Origin: Octopus vulgaris
Taxonomy: Eukaryota
Length of the DNA stretch: 64,000 bases
Assembly: GCA_951406725.2 (NCBI GenBank)
Contig: OX597823.1
Location: forward strand, 52,514,001-52,578,000
Reading direction: 5' to 3'
This document shows, piece by piece, positions 39,655 to 55,875 of the stretch. Position 1 is the first letter of the stretch. Every line of letters begins with the position of its first letter. Position numbers and translations under genes: made by a program. The notes beneath the pieces are model-generated. The model had not been told where the DNA came from, did not search any database, and saw only the letters and a program-made list of their open reading frames with translations.

Positions 39655-39820
39655 TGTATGACATGCTTCTTTCAGTTTTTATCAACCAAATATACTCACT
39701 AGGATTTAGTTGTCCAGAGGTTATAGCAGAAAACATTTGAGCCATGGTGCCACGCAATGGGACTGAACCCTGAACTATACAGGTGGGAAGCAAACTTCTA
39801 ACCACACAGCCACACCTGTA
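39655..39820 (-). mobile_element. SINE family A 5' half; its 3' half is probably 38705-38880
   Basis: Matches 5140-5308; same orientation as the tail half. Confidence 0.75.
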
Positions 39821-40337
39821 CTTATTCTTAATATTTCAAACGCTGGATTGAAAGTTGATTTCTCACATTATGCACAGATTGGTTTACATAAATATCATTT
39901 TAAGACAAATTTGGCTGGGGGATGGCACCATTTATTAAATCAACATTTGTATGCACAGGTGATTGTTTCCGTAACTCAAGGAAGATGAAATGCAAAGTGA
40001 ATCCCTGTAGTATTTTAACTGAATGCCTAATGGAATGTAGCTAAATACCATAAGATGTTTTGCCCGCTTCTACCAATTTACATTTCTTTTACCTTTATTT
40101 TACTCTAGGAACAAATTTTCTGTATCATTAACCCTTTATGGTTGAGTATAAGTAGCAAGAAATAGTATAAATAGCACAGAAAAAATTACAAGATAATAAT
40201 CAATCAAATATAACACTAACATATAACACAAATGTGGCTTATATACTATACCTGTCTCTTTCGCAATTTAGCAGTATGTTGATAAGCTACACCCATCTTC
40301 TGTGGAAAAAGCATTTTTGTATCAATATGCCACATCC

Positions 40338-40712
40338 AAAGACAGCGAGCTGGCAGAAACGTTAGCATGCCAGGTAAAATGCTTAGTGGTATTTCGTCTG
40401 TCTTTACGTTCTGAGTTCAAATTCCACCAAGGTCGACTTTGCTTTCATCCTTCCAGGGTCAATAAATTAAGTACCAGTTGCATACTACAATAATCTTAAG
40501 ATATATTGATTATTTAAATTCCACTATTGAGCTGGCAGAAACGTTAGCACACCAAGTGAAATGCTTAGCGGTATTTCATCTGTTGTTATGTTCTGAGTTC
40601 AAATTTCGCTATGGTTGATAAAATAAGCCAGTTAAGCACTGGGGGTCAATGCAATCGACTTAATCCCTTTGTTTTTCCCCTCTGTGTTTAGCCCCCTGTG
40701 GGCAATAAAAAA
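40338..40712 (+). mobile_element. Two adjacent SINE family C copies
   Basis: GAGCTGGCAGAAACGTTAGCA heads at about 40347 and 40529. Confidence 0.85.
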
Positions 40713-42358
40713 ATAAAAATTATTTCTCTTTTGATATTTTTTTCTAGGCTCTTATTATACTTTATCTAATAAGAATGTCTCTCCACCCTCTCCTTGGGCC
40801 TCTTCACTATAAACACTTCTTTGGATCTTGGGTGTATGGAGCTGGCAAGTCAGAAGACTGTGACAAGCTCTACTAAGTGTTTTGGCATAGCCTAAACAGT
40901 TGGATACCCTTCCTAATGCCAACCACTTCACAAAATATACTGAGTGCTTTTTACATGGCACCAACAGCAATGTGGTCATTCAATAATTTATTGAGGGACA
41001 GAAAAGGTGTCTTGCATTCGAGGAGAAACATGGCTATCTCAGATGGAGAGAGAGAAGAGAAAGAAGATGGCAAATATGTGATAGGGAGAAAGAAGGGTCC
41101 ATACACCCAAGATCCAAAGAGGTGTTTATAGTGAAGAGGCCCAGGGAGATAGTGGAGAGGATGGAGAAGGTGAGTGGGTGGGTGAACTTACAAGATTGCA
41201 AAAGGAGAGTAGGACCTGCAGGGTGGGGGGAATAGAACGCATGGGAACAAATAGAAGGAGGGGGTGTTGGGAGGATATGTTGCAGTGGGAGAAGAGATTT
41301 AACAGGGACACATTGTGTGCAGGTTGGTACATGAGGAAGAATGGAAGGGAATATGCAGTGGTGAGCATGTGTGGGGGGAACATGAGGAGTCAAGAAGATG
41401 GGTTGCAGGGGAAGAGTATGTCATGGACATAAAGGACACACCTGTATGTCCTCAATTTTACTTAACTAGGTAGGTCTTCTTTATAAATAAAATAAGGTTG
41501 TTTCTAAATAGTTGACAGGATCTTTATAAACAAGAGCAATAAGAATAAATATAGATGGAAAAATAAATGGTAGATAGAAAACAGTTACCTATGTACATAT
41601 ATACACTTTTGTACATAGAAACCCTTCACACACATATAAATAGATAAATCTACTTATGCTTATATGGGCACATATACATATAACTTTATGCATAAGTTTA
41701 ACTGTCAACCATTTAGAAAACAACCTTATTTTATTTATAACTCTTTACAAGGTGAAACAAGACCATGCACTCTCTTCTCTCTCCTTGCTTCAGTCTTTCT
41801 CTCTCCACTTACTTCCTTATAGTTCTCCATCCACTTTCCTCTCCATCCAGACCCTTTAACATGTTCCACATTATAAACTTGAGGCTAACTTAAACTCTTC
41901 ACTCTCTAACCAAATTTTGGTCAGCAGAGTCATGTGGCACTATATACTTGTCCGTGAGAAATTCTAATTGTTAATTGTTACCAGTGTTCACTAAATGTAA
42001 ACATTTTTTTTTCACAATGTAACTCTCCTATTCATCAATAAAAAAAAATGGCTGAACCAGCTGTAGTCAACCACAATCAATCTGTTGTTATTGTTTATAC
42101 ATATATTGATAGAAATAGTAAGACAACAAAAGAATGAAAGAGACCTCAATGTTATGTAAATAGAGGAATTTATCTGTAAATGTAATATGTGACAGTTATT
42201 CAGTAGCCATGATGTCGGGGTGGAAATCCACACCACCATCTCTTCAGTTATCTGGTCATCGGAAAAAATGTTATGAAAATGACCATTAAAACACACACAC
42301 ACACATACACATATACATAATATATATATATATATATATATACAGATACATATGCATG

Positions 42359-42390
<32 letters not shown>

Positions 42391-43502
42391 GTTACACATG
42401 CATATATATATATATATATGTATATATATAAATATATATATATATATATAACCCAAACAGAAAGAAGAAATATAAGAATAAAATTACGAGGAAGAAATTC
42501 AAGAAAATGTTGCATTTATTATCATTCCCACTCAGCCAACCCCGTTAAAACGGTCATTTTCATAGCATTTTTTCTGATGGCCAGATAACTGAAGAGATGG
42601 TGGCATGGATTTCCACCCCGACATCCAAAAAAAAACAATAAACAATCACATCATAAAAATTTCGAAACTATGGGATAATGCACGATTAATTCAAAACTGT
42701 GTGAATAAATATTCATTACATTTCAAAGAGTAATCTGAATGCTAAATGGTTAAATTGCAAATATGAAAGTCTAATGTCATAATTTTCACTTTTAACACTG
42801 TCAGAAAACTTTGATTTCACTTGCCAAACAGTGCAGCAAATTCAAAAATCAAATCAGAATTTGTCAGGTGAAACTATATAACAATAGATGCAGCCAGAGT
42901 TCATAATTTAAAATGCCATGTGGAGTAGATTTTGCTGACAAATATTGATGGTGAGTGGATTTCTGAAGTGAGTGAGTTATATTCTTAAGCAACATATTTT
43001 TAATTGATTTTGTGACATTTCAATACCATCTTTAATTTTACACAAACACACACACATATGATACGCACACCACACACGCACACCATTATAATCGATACAG
43101 AGTGTGCCTCCCATGCACATTGCAATTTTGGCATGATTTTTTAATATTTTTGGTCATGTGTTTACTTGGTTTTGTTTGTTTGTTTGTTTTTTGGTGTGGT
43201 GGGGTGCCAACCAGTTTTGCTGAATGGACCAGGTGAACTTCATCATAACAATGCCCCAACAAGGCTTATAGAGTTTTGAGCAAGACTTGCTCAACCCTTT
43301 CATCCATTCATTTCTCAGGCCAATTTAAAAACTCACCTGCATGCATTTTATTGTGATACCAGCTTCAGATATTTATATATATTCTCTCTCTCTCTCTCTT
43401 TCTCTTTCTCTTTCTCTACTTATCTCTATCTGTCTGTCTATCTCCCCCTTCCTTTCTCTCACTCTCAATATATATAAGTGTGTGTGTGTGTGTGTGTGTG
43501 TA

Positions 43503-43537
<35 letters not shown>

Positions 43538-43544
43538 AGTGAAA

Positions 43545-43930
43545 ATCAAAATCGAAATCGATCAACAGGCAAGGGAAAATCAAAATCAAAATCGATCCCC
43601 ATCAATGGAAATTGTAGCTGTGACACCAGAGCCGGTGGCACGTAAGAGAACTATCCAAATGTGGCCATTGCCAGTGCTGCCCCAACTGGCCTCCGTGCCA
43701 GTGGCACATAAAAAGCACCATCCGATCGTGGCCGTTTGCCAGCCTCGTCTGGCACGTAAAAAGCACCCACTACACTCACGGAGTGGTTGGTGTTAGGAAG
43801 AGTATCCAGCTGTAGAAACACTGCTAGATTAGACAGGGCCTGGTGCAGCCTTCTGGCTTCCCAGACCCCAGCTGAACCATCCAACCCATGCTAGCATGGA
43901 AAGCGGACGTTAAACGATGATGATGTGGAT
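43545..43930 (+). mobile_element. RTE-tailed non-autonomous element
   Basis: (AAATCG)n start, GTGCC..TGGCACGTAAAAAGCACC subrepeats, ends AGCGGACGTTAAACGATGATGATG. Confidence 0.8.
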
Positions 43931-45169
43931 GATGATATAAAGGGATTACTTTTTATGTTCCCTGCCTTGTTTTTCTATTTGTTTCTTTCATTGTTCAAAA
44001 TAAGTTTGTTTGCCATATTTTTGTTTTCTATGTTCTCGCTTTTCATGTTGTTTATCTTTTTTTTTTTTTTTTCACATCCTGTACCTCTGAATTTAATAAT
44101 TAATATTTACTGAATATAAATTGAAACAGCCATAAGGGATAATGATTAATTTGTTGTTAATAATGAACAATTATTAACCTATCAATCTCCATTTTCTTTT
44201 TCTTCTTTTATATGGCTATAAACCATGTTTATATATATATATATATATACCTATTATTTTAAGGAAATTGATTCCTCAAAAATACTAGGTATTGCACCAG
44301 TATTTCCTGGGATGAAGCCATCCTTTCATGAGGTTAATACACACACACACACACATACACACACTTATATATACATACATAATCATATATTTATATACTA
44401 ATAAATACACATGCATATTTATCTATATATATATATGTCAAAATACTCACATACACATATATGTGTGTGTGCATATCTATTCATATATATACATTTATAT
44501 GCATATGTATTCATATATACATATATATCTATGAGAGTGTATGTGTGTGAGTGTGGATTTATAAACACATACATCATCATCATCAACATCCTTTGTACTG
44601 TACTTTTCCTTAATAAAAGAATGCCAAATACTGTCAAAACCTATGTATATACCAATTTCTGAAGCAACAAGAATTTTCAAGTTCTTGTTCTGTCTTGTTG
44701 TCTCACATCTCTCTCGTTATCTCTCTCTCTCTCTCTCTTTTCCTCTCTCTCCTCTCCTCCTCTTTCTCCATCTCTTTCTCTTCCTCCTTCTCTTTGTTCA
44801 TTCTGTCTCCATGATTTCATCCAGTGTTGAAAAAGAGAGAAAGAGACAAAAATCTAAGATTTTATTTGTGAAGCACTAATATCTGCAAGGCAGCTTAAGA
44901 GCTGCCACTTCAGAATCACTTGACAATACTGAGCAAATCCCTACAAAACATCACTTCAACAGCATCAAGAACTCAATGACAATACTTGTGAATGTCGAAG
45001 AGAAGATCAGGTCAAACATCACAATCACAAGGTTTTAAACATTTCAATTTGATTCATCCTTTTTGTGAGGCGGAACGGGGTTGGATGAGTGGGAATGATA
45101 ATAAATGCAACATTTTCTTGAATTTCTTCCCCGTAATTTTATTCTTATATTTCTTCTTTCTGTTTGGGT

Positions 45170-45314
45170 TTTATATATATATATATATGCATATGTAACT
45201 GTGTATGTATATATATATATATACTGTGTATGTATATTTATATATATTATGTGTATGTGTGTGTGTGCATGTGGATAGGGGTGTATGTATGTGCAAGTAT
45301 ATAAACATATTAAT

Positions 45315-45360
<46 letters not shown>

Positions 45361-45536
45361 CATCATCATCATTGTTTAACATCTGTTTTCCATGTTAGCA
45401 TATATACATACATATATAGATACATATATATAGATATATATATGATGATGATGATGATGATACATATATATACACATATATCAGTGTATGCAAATATAGA
45501 TATATCTATATCTACTTATCTATCTTTCTATACATA

Positions 45537-45594
<58 letters not shown>

Positions 45595-45678
45595 CATATA
45601 TTCATTTATATGTAGAAATATATGTGTGTGTGCACATATACAAATATCTATACCTTTTTGTCTATCTAACTATCCTGA

Positions 45679-45721
<43 letters not shown>

Positions 45722-45885
45722 GTATGTTTATGCAGATCTCTTTGTACAGTATTCATAAGTGTATATACATATGATATATAATATATATACATATATGTAT
45801 ATACACAAAAGTGTATATACATAAAATACATATATATGTATGTATTTATACATACACCCATATATACATGTACATATACATATAG
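45170..45885. repeat. Compound TA/CA microsatellite field
   Basis: Seen directly. Confidence 0.9.
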
Positions 45886-46667
45886 TTTTTATTTTTATTC
45901 TTATTTTCATTGTTATTCATATTCACAAAGGCCAAGATAGATGTAAGCTTGTCCAGCAAACTAGCATGATGGATTTGTAAATATAAACTGTCCAAAATCA
46001 ATCAGCTAGAATACATAACTCAGATTTAAGTTTTATCCTTATATTTAAACTTACAACTATCAAACTGAATATATCTTGTTCTTTAGCAATACTTCTAAGT
46101 CTATATATATATATATGCATCACTCTGTACGCTTATGTAAGTATGTATGTATAAACAATTGTGAGCATATATGTGTGTGTATGTGTGATTATTTTTATGT
46201 GTTGTTTGTACAATAATGTTAGCTCATGTTCATCTTACATTGTGACTTGTCAGTCTGTCTGTGTAAACTAGATATTTAGAAAATTGAAGTCTGCACTGAA
46301 AATTCTTACAAGACACAGAGCAAGATAGCAAAACCGTTAAAGCAGGATGAGAAGAATATAAAATACCTTTGTCATATAAACAGGTTACTGAGTGAGAACT
46401 GTCTTTTAGATAATTTCAAATATATTTCTGACATAAAACAGACACACAAACTCAGGCATATCCGTTCATACATATTCATATACAAACGAATATATATATA
46501 TATATATATATATAGGTTTTTGGTTTGTTTTAGGCACCAGAGTGTAGTGCATACATTGCATCGCATTTATATAAGTATTTATCTATAAACTTGTTTAGAC
46601 ATAATTAGGTGTTTCTCTCTCTGTCACATTTTCTTTCTGTGTATCTATATCTCTGTCTCTATCTTTA

Positions 46668-46698
<31 letters not shown>

Positions 46699-46775
46699 TT
46701 CACTCTTCTCTCTCCTTCTCATCTCTCCCTCTTACTTCTCCCGTTTACATATGTAAACATACTCATAATATCACT

Positions 46776-46808
<33 letters not shown>

Positions 46809-47107
46809 TCATCATCATTTAACATCTGCTTTGAATGCCTGATGCTGCTGCTGCTGATGATGATGATTATGATGTGTGTGTGCATGTGTGTATGTGTAAA
46901 AGTTAAAATCATAATACATACATGCATTATCCAATCCTTCTCTTTCTTTACCTATTATTCTTTCAACACTCTTCATGCACGCACACACACATACACATAT
47001 GCACACATATACACACACACATACAGAGGCCAACACATAATTATTGTCTTTCAAATATATTCTATCTATGAATGGCAATGGAGCAGGAATTACATAATCA
47101 ACATTAT

Positions 47108-47190
47108 TAGTTTACAGCCGTTTCTGCCGTAAGAAGTAGTGCAATCAGACATGAGTGCTCATGCAATGTGTTATAGCTTCTTCAGAGCTA
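47108..47190 (-). ncRNA. Hammerhead motif with extended stem II
   Basis: Minus strand TAGCT-CTGAAGA-(about 54 nt, GCTATAA/TTACGGC and CATGAG/CTCATG pairings)-GAAAC-GGCT-GTA-AACTA. Confidence 0.6.
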
Positions 47191-47642
47191 TTACAATGAA
47201 GTGCATGTTTATTTCAGAAAATGTTTATTTAACCCTTTAACACTCAGATTACTCTATTATAACAAGTGATTCACAGTAACATAATTAATAGAGTTTTTGG
47301 TATCCCATGTAAGGAATTCCACCAAAAGGTACAAACCAGGACTAATTATAGGTATGTCCTCAGCTTTGAGGTGGTGTATGTGGGTAGTAAGGGAGATAGA
47401 TTGTTTCATAGCACTGTCAGAGAAAGTATTCAGATGTCAAGAATGCGCTTCTTAAAATCTGAATAAAATCAGTCATAATACCAATGTAAACTCTGGTAGA
47501 GTGGGTTCATGGGGAGTGACAGTATGATTATCATACACAACATTATGGTATGAGCAACTGCCGCTCAAAGGACAATTAAGAAGTAACTGAAATTTCATAT
47601 TTCATGTTCTTATAACCAGTTAAAGGTGCTCTGATAATTAGT

Positions 47643-47975
47643 GTGAGGGCATATGCCTCAGTGGTTAGAGCATCGAGCTCACAATCATGAGGTAATGAGT
47701 TCAATTCCCAGACAGGGCTGTATTAAGTTCTTGAGCAAGACACCTTATTTCACGTTGCTCCAGTTCACTCAGTTTAAGAAATGAGTTGCAATGTCACTGA
47801 TGCCAAGCTGTATCGGCCTTTGCCTTTCCCTTGGATAACATCGGTGGTGTGGAGAGGGGAAGCTGGTATGCCTGGGCAACTGCTGGTCTTCCACAAACAC
47901 CCTTGCTTGGACTTGTACCTTGGAGAGCAACTTGCTGGGTGCAATCCCATGGTCCATCATGACTGAAAGTGGGGT
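47643..47975 (+). mobile_element. SINE family B
   Basis: Head and core match family B; tail shared with the 11430 copy. Confidence 0.87.
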
Positions 47976-48164
47976 TTTCTTGATGGTTTGTAGAGTTAGC
48001 ATGATGGAATCCACAGTGTCACTGTTCAGATGGAGCGGGTTAGTACATTAAGGATGATGGAATCCAGGCTAACTACTATTGAGGATAGAAGCACTGAGTT
48101 TATTACTATAAGTCTTAATGGTATTTACAATGAGCTTATGGTTACTTAGATTATCAGTATCAAT

Positions 48165-48335
48165 AAGGCAGTAAGCTGGCAGAATCATTACCACATCAGG
48201 CAAAATGCTTAGTGGCATTTCACCCCTCTTTATGGTCTGAGTTAAAATTCCTTTCAGGGTCGATAAATTAAGTACTAGTGAAACACTGGCATTGATGTAG
48301 TCAACTAGTCCCCTCACCACCAAATTTCAGGCTTA
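48165..48335 (+). mobile_element. SINE family C, deleted
   Basis: AAGGCAGTAAGCTGGCAGAATC head. Confidence 0.75.
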
Positions 48336-50788
48336 TTAGGATAAATAGTAGCATTCACCACATCATAGGTATTATTAGATATGGTAGTAGTTATTGGAAA
48401 CTTTACATTCAGATTAACAGTTATAGGCCTTTAAGGGTGATAACTAGCAGAATTGTGACGGTTCATATTCACTGTACAGTAGTCCTTGAGGTTGATGTTG
48501 TGATTATGAGGAGTATTGGTATTGTCTAGGCATCTGTTAAAGCTATAAGTAGGGTGATCCAGTTACAAGGGATTCCAGGGTGTGAATTCTCAGGGCTCCT
48601 TTCTAGAGATCTGAGCTTGTTTCTGTCTGAAGTAGAGATAACTGGCCCCAGGTTTGGTGGGGTGGAATAAGAAAGTTTAACAGTGGATTGATTAAATATG
48701 GCAGATGTTAGAGTGGGAAGCTGGAGTTCCAATTGTTAAAGAAGAGTTTAGGGAGAGATTTAATCTGCATAGTGAATGAAAACGTGGGCTATGAGATATT
48801 GCATTTCATGCTTTTAGAATTGTGAGTACTGTGTAAGGTTGCAGTGTTTAGCCTGTAGTGATTAGATGTGGGCCATCTCTAGGTTGACTGAGTTAATATA
48901 CTCTGTCAATAGCAGAAGTAGTGTGCTATATGGTGTTAGTAGAAGTAAGTTTAGAGGGATACTTATTGCTACAATGGGTTAATAGTTCTAATTTGATTTT
49001 CATTCTAGTATTGATGATATAGGAAATCTCAGAAAATCCACAAGTAGTTTGGGCATAGTTGTCATAGGGAATATGATTGCTAAAAATGTCTTCATTAGTG
49101 GAGTGGTTAGAGATCCTAATGAAAATGCCTTTGATAATGCTATTTAAAATAGATTTAGATGTTATTATATTGTAAGGATTCATAGAGCTTATGAGAAGAA
49201 GAATAAAGAATAGATTCTAAATTACTTTTCTGTTTTTATGTATAGGAGTTTTTGTCACCAAGCATTGCAAGAGTTTGTGTTTCTAAATGGTTATGCATGG
49301 AAGAATTTGGTGGGAAAGATCTCCCCATTTTTTTGTGTAATTTTACTTGAAGTTCAATGCCAATGAATTCACCATTTTCTAAAATATTTCTAGGTCATTT
49401 TGCTTATTTAAAAAAATATTTCAAACTCTAGGTAAACATTTCTGTCTGCAGAGTATCTGAGAAAATTTTATATTTCTGATTATTTCAAACTCTAAGGAAT
49501 GTAGACCATTATACTGAATCACACCTAAAATAGGCTGAGCAGTGTTTTCATGTTTTCTGATATTCAAAGATTTAGTATTTTCTGGCTTTTTGAAAAACAT
49601 ATCTGGTTCTTCAAGGACACTTTATCCTCCTTATACTCTGTGGGATTGGTCTACATTCACTTTTAGCATGGTTAATGCTGATGAAAGAATATACTGTTCA
49701 AGAAATGAGATTATAAAAATCACTTGATTTTTTTATTAGCTTCTGCTTCTTGCATTTTTCTATTATTTCTAGCATTTGTTGCACTAGTTACATAATAAAG
49801 AATTCTGCCATTTGTAGACTCAAAAGAAATTATTCCCCCAAAAAGATAATTGCATTCTTTGATGCTTATGGGAAAATATCTCGCACTAAACACTTTAGTT
49901 TCTGATGTTTGTACCAATTGATTCCTCAATTAATAACAAGTATTTTTAGACTCATGCATTTTGTTTTGAGTTCGCTTAATCTTATTATTTGATCAATTTG
50001 GTAATTTACCAATTGGATACAAAAATAACAAGCTGCATATACCCGATATGAAGTTCCAAATTTTTGCAAGTCTGTATTTTATGTATAAGCCTTCATAAAT
50101 GTGTTTGAGATTAGACTTACAAATGCACGGCAATTAGCATTCTTTTTGTTTTACTGATTTCCCATGATCATTTAGAGTAGATAAACACACATGTTTGCTG
50201 TTACATAATTACAGGACTTGCATATAGCTTTATAATTATTTCTCATATACTTTTGGAACCTTTTGTAAAGCAAAGTGGCTTAAAGAATTGCAGGGTCTTT
50301 TTTAGTGACATGAGCTGGTTATTCTCGAGCTTGTGCTTTCTCTGTTCCCCAATCGATATACTTGTTGACAACTTAACAACTTATAGGCCTTGATTACAGA
50401 TTAAAAACAGAAGAGCACTGATTAATAGCCTGACATTATGCAAACAATATATCTTGTCTACGGGGACAACTTTGACCAGAAGTCTACAGAATCAGGGATG
50501 ACTTGAGAATAAATAAGAAATTCCAACATAGTGCTAGATGTACTAGATTGTACAAAAGCTCTGATGTGGAATACATTCTTGAGAAAACTTGAGCAAACAT
50601 AAATTGATGACTATTACTTTTACAAAGGATCGTTTTTCAAATAGCAACCACTTAGAGGTCCCTTGTTTGTATATGTTGGACTTTAATTTTAGTCAAGAGT
50701 TCTTTTGTTAACATAAGCACTGAATGGTCTGTTAAAATGTTTACAATCAAGCAAGTGTTTTTGTACTTTAGTATTCAATGTTGAAACT

Positions 50789-50826
<38 letters not shown>

Positions 50827-51302
50827 GTTAAACGAGTTGTTTGAAGTTAGGTTTACGTATATACATGTATTAATAGCATTAATTGTAGTTTTAAATTTCT
50901 TATAATTATTATTTTAACTTATCTATTGTCTTTTTAAATTGATATTTGCTAGATTTATTATTCCCATTGATAAATATATTTATAGTATTTATTTGATATT
51001 ATATAACTACGAATTGATTATTTCTTTAAGTATTTTAAATATCAGATTTCTGAAATTTATTATTTAGCCAACGCGATATAAAGATAGTTAATTTGATATA
51101 GCGTTCGTATAAGATTGTTTGTTTGTTTTTTTGAAATTAGCTATTTCATCTTTAAATATAAAAAAATAATTTATTAGGTCTTTATTATGTGTGCATATAT
51201 ATATTTATAGAGATAATTTTAGATCTTAATTATAATATTTATATACATTTATATATTTTCATTGATAATTTATATATTATTTGAATTTTATATTTTTAAT
51301 AA

Positions 51303-53190
51303 TAAACTTAGATAAACTTAGATATGTTTCTACCAAAGATTGGTCCAGGCCATGTCTAACTTAACAGCACCACCTGATAGGATTATTCGAATTCTGTTTA
51401 AGTCAAGTTTTGTTTGAGTCAAGTTTTGTTCAAGTAGTGAGTTCTTGTTGGGTGAGTTGTATCCAGTTTTGTTCAAGTAGTGAGTTCTTGTTGGGTGAGT
51501 TGTATCCAATTATGGGTGGCTTATCTGGTATTCTTTGAAGGAATCTATCCAGACTCTGTTTAAAGTTGATGGGATCCTTTTCCTCTTTGATCTCCCTCGG
51601 GACAATGTTAAATAGGGCAGGGCCTGTTGAGGAAAAGAAATTATGTTGCAGTGTACATGTATGTTGTGATCTTGAATTGGGCAGGGGACGTATAGCCCGT
51701 GGTCCAAGTCTTGGATGAACCTTGAAGCTAATGTTTAGATCGTTTGGGCAAAGTTGGCGGTATATTTTCCACATCGTACAAATGATGTACCACTCACGGC
51801 GACGCTGGAGGGAGTAAAGTTTCAAGGCTTTAAGGCGATCCCAATAATTGAGAGCAGCCATGCCTTCAATTTGTTTAGTGAGTGCCCTCTGGGGTGACTC
51901 AATTCTGGAGATGTTTTGTCTTGTGTGAGGAGACCACAGTGGGCAGCAGTATTTAAGGTGTGGCCGTACAAAGGAGGAAAAAAGTGGTATGATGACACCT
52001 TGTTCTCTGGACCGGAAAGTTCTTAAGATCCAGGAACTCATCCTACGAGCTATATCGACCTTCTTGTTGATGTGTGCACTCCAACTGAGATCGTCATCAA
52101 CAATTACACCCAGGTCTCTGATATTGTTAGAGGCTGTGAGCGGTTCCCCTGAAGGAAGAGAGTATGGTTGTTTTAGTGAGGAATTTCTTCCAAAATGCAT
52201 CAGCTCAAAATTTTCCCTCATTCAGTTGCATTTTGTTTCTGTCTGCCCATTGACTCACAGCATATAGATCAGACTGGAGTTGAGTTCGGGCTGCTTCTTC
52301 ATTGACGATTTGCTGGAGCTTAGTGTCATCAGCAAATATTTTCACTTTGCAGTAATGTACGACCCTGGAAAGGTCGTTTACGTAAATTATGAAGAGTAGC
52401 GGACCCAAAACAGTTCCCTGGGGAACACCGCTGGTGACTTTTGCTGGGTTTGAGTGGACTCCATCAACTACAACCTGTTGTGTTCTATTCGCCAGGAAAT
52501 ACTTAATCCAGTGTAGAACTTTTCCACGAATTCCAACATTTGCCAATTTTGAGAGTAGGATGTTATGGTCAACCCTGTCGAACGCTTTACTGAAGTCAAG
52601 ATATATGACGTCAGAGTTCGAACCTGTTCCCAAGGCTTTGAGTACATCTTCAATGTGGTGTAAGAGCTGTGTTAGACAGTCCCTGCCACAGCGAAAGCCA
52701 TGCTGATTTGCATTTAGGAGTTTGTGGGTCTCTAGGAAGTCAGCTATCCTTGATCTTAACACTCTTTCAAACACTTTAATGATGTGGGAGGTGAGTGAGA
52801 TTGGGCGATAGTTGACTGCGAGGGATCTGTTTCCCTGTTTGAAAACCGGGATCACCGACTGGGATAGAAACTGTTTCGGTATATAACCTGCGGCTAACGA
52901 ATTTCTCCAGAGGTTGGTCAGAGGGACTGCAAGTTGGTATCTACATTCCTTCAGGAGACTAGCGGGAAATCTATCAGGGCCTACAGCAGAGTAATGTTTG
53001 ACCACATTTATTGCTGCTACGATGTCAGTGGCAGTGAAGGTTATGTCTGAGATTTTGTGTTGGGAGTCAACTTCGTTCGTTTCCCTTACGTCAATATCAG
53101 TGGGAACACTAAAGACAGAGCAGTATTGTTTCTGCGGTATTTCTGCCATTTCTTTAGCATCGTGTTGGGGAATGCCGTTATCATCAATTA
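51303..53190 (-). mobile_element. 5'-truncated CR1/L2-group LINE
   Basis: RT ORF2 portion, short 3' UTR and (TCTAAGTTTA)2 tail. Confidence 0.9.
51430..53149 (-). pseudogene. LINE reverse transcriptase, one frameshift near 52210
   Basis: NYRPISLTS, YLDFSKAFDRV, GVPQGTVLGPLLF, FADD, RDLGV, VRPHLKYC, YSLQRRR motifs. Confidence 0.92.
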
Positions 53191-53194
53191 GTTT

Positions 53195-55505
<2,311 letters not shown>

Positions 55506-55558
55506 ATATATATATATATAGATAGATATGTGTGTATGTGTGTGTGTGTGTTAGTGTG

Positions 55559-55601
<43 letters not shown>

Positions 55602-55611
55602 TATATATATA

Positions 55612-55845
55612 CAAGGCGGCGAGCTGGCAGAAACGTTAGCACGCCGGGCGAAATGCGTAGCCGTATTTCGTCTGCCGTTACGTTCTAAGTTCAAATTCTG
55701 CCGAGGTCGACTCTACCTTTCATCCTTTCGGGGTCGATAAATCAAGTACCAATTACGCACTGGGGTCGATGTAATCGACTTAATCCGTATGTCTGTCTTT
55801 GTTTGTCCCCTCTCTGTTTAGCCCCTTGTGGGTAGTAAAGAAATA
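55612..55845 (+). mobile_element. Young SINE family C copy
   Basis: CpG-rich; reverse complement of 27958-28190. Confidence 0.92.
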
Positions 55846-55875
55846 TATATATATATATCTTTATATATATATGTA

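Larger units (their letters stand above)
47330..49300 (-). mobile_element. Penelope-like element remnant (RT thumb to GIY-YIG), interrupted by SINEs
   Basis: ORF 48926-49183 SILNSIIKGIFIRISNHSTNEDIF..HIPYDNYA..CGF; NNVVY...RVYIGI...FKKRI near 47440-47560. Confidence 0.72.

Noticed and set aside
42585-42636. CTGAAGA-GATG...CATC-CAAAA hammerhead-like string
   Set aside because: No GAAA or stem III; the source copy continues ATGGCT instead
49560-50500. Possible decayed transposase, and CTGATGA...GAAA at 49678
   Set aside because: Peptide similarity is too weak to name a family, and the ribozyme stem I is absent
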